DNA of 64,000 nt from Amphiscolops sp. MND2022 (taxonomy: Eukaryota): the NCBI GenBank assembly GCA_964187785.1, contig OZ076409.1, forward strand, positions 41,666,001 to 41,730,000, in the 5' to 3' direction. Positions 62,526-64,000 of the stretch are shown here, piece after piece. The notes beneath the pieces were generated by a model. That model was not told where the DNA came from. It saw only the letters and a program-made list of their open reading frames with translations, and made no database searches. Within the stretch, counting starts at the first letter, position 1. The number at the start of each line of letters is the position of its first letter. The translations under genes and the position numbers were made by a program.

Positions 62526-63986
62526 TTTTAGTTGGCGTTTTCGAAGAGAAACCCGACTCTTTACAGTGGCTAGTCTTTTCCGTCAGTTTAATGCGATCAG
62601 TCCACTTTTTGTGCATTATGCACTTTTACCACATGTACTAAGTACTTCCTTTTCAACGCATCCAAAGCCTCTAACATGAGATAAGAAGCCATTCCAAAGC
62701 AGAAGGGTCCCACTTTTTCGACACCGAGATTTTTCCCCTTTTTTCGGTACTGTGAGACTGTTCAAATTTCTCTTTGGAGCAATAAAAGAAATTTCGGAAA
62801 TCTCGGGTGCTTCCAAAGGGGGATACCATAGTTTTAAAAGCTTTTTTCGTTACTAGTCAACTCGGAAGATTTGGGTTTACTGTTTTTTTCGGCATTGTAA
62901 AACTTTTCCCGAAATTTTTTGATGGCCCCAAAGGGTCCTTCTTTGGTTATTTTGATTTTCTGCACCCAACTGAATGATATTTAAGCCGAAAGGGTCGCCT
63001 TTTTTGCGTTTTTCGGCATTATGAGACTGTTTCATCTGACTTTTGGTTTTTTCAATATATATCCACCTATATACAGTACTGTGATTAAGAAATCGTCCCC
63101 CTATGCGCTAAGCGTCGTTATCAACCAATTAGAATTGCGTATTTGCTCTCATTTTCAATTCTGATTGGCGCATCAAATGAAATTTCCGGCGCAGAAAGAA
63201 CACTTCTGCTATTTTCCCAGTTTTGGGCAGGTTTTTGAAATATTTTCCTGAAAATTTTAAATTCATCGAATTCTGCAGATTGTATAGAATTCAATGATAT
63301 ATTTTTTGTTTCAAAAACATTCTGAATGGAAAAATAATCGCAGTTCTCCTCCGCGAAACGTTCATTTCCCATCTTAATACTTGTAAATCGACGAAATTTT
63401 ACCTTTCGAGCATGATATTTCAAAAACGGTCGATAATTTTTGAAATGTAAAAATACCCATAGATTCAGTAGATTTGTGCGAGTTATTGCCGAAAAAACTG
63501 TGGATAAAACGGTCAAAAATTGGTAAAACGGAAAAACGCCCCAAATTTGCTCAAAATCAGCTAATTGTAACTTTCTGAATTTTTGTCCCAGAAAAATTTA
63601 AAAAACACTAATGTAAACTAGATGAAATTCTAAGAAACTTTTACTTATGTTTTTCAAAATTCTCAAAAGATTTCGAGAAAATCGAGCCTAAAATCGCCCC
63701 GGGTGACGTTTTCTTAATCACAGTACTGTTTCTTTTCTCAATAGTATCCGAACTTTTGATGTTATATCCGTAATAAATTTCGTTTTACTAAGGAGGAAGT
63801 GGATGTTCGAATGAAGCGCTGACATGTGGCACAGCAGCACGCTATATCCGAACTTCTGAAGCGTTTTCCAAGCACGAAAGGCACCATTTGGGCGTTTCGA
63901 AACATTTTCGTGAGTTTTTCATGAAAAAACCGTCTTTTTTTGAGCCTTAGGTATGGCACCGACATGAGACGTTTCCGTCTTGTTAT
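62526..63986 (+). mobile_element. HINE-like element(s) interrupted by a MITE
   Basis: 5' TTTTAGTTGGCGTTTTCGAAGAGAAACCCGACT; 3' GGCACCGAC, hairpin AGACG-TTTC-CGTCT, then TGTT at ~63955-63985. Confidence 0.6.
63074..63728. mobile_element. Tc1/mariner-type MITE (655 bp)
   Basis: TIRs CAGTACTGTGATTAAGAAATCGTCCCCC and (rc) CAGTACTGTGATTAAGAAAACGTCACCC, 26/28 matches. TA on the left, TT on the right. No coding capacity. Confidence 0.85.
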
Positions 63987-64000
63987 TTCCAAAAATCTCT

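Overview
Eukaryotic, AT-rich, transposon-dense DNA (probably an invertebrate animal; species not identifiable from sequence alone). I can support no host gene, RNA gene or CRISPR array. Positions 1-19.6 kb are a nest of mobile elements: a decayed DD34E Tc1; a complete ~455-bp Helentron-type non-autonomous element (HINE/DINE-1-like); a young non-autonomous LTR element (1417-bp LTRs, GTTAT TSD); a 200-N gap; decayed BEL/Pao gag-pol; a decayed L2/CR1-type LINE split by a 9-bp-TSD insert; an intact 1993-bp hAT transposon with a full transposase ORF; and a CRE-clade RLE 3' fragment. Positions 19.6-25.5 kb are four tandem ~1.47-kb units. Positions 27.0-60.6 kb are a ~33.6-kb satellite of about 50 ~670-bp monomers. 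Each monomer carries one Helentron-type 3' terminus (subTIR + hairpin), while the whole array has only one 5' terminus. The array is bracketed by ~1.6-1.8-kb inverted repeat arms. The best candidate for an undescribed system is this Helentron-to-satellite architecture, with a solo element, a 4-copy array and a ~50-copy array of one family all in one window. All coordinates and counts were read by eye; boundaries of decayed elements are approximate.
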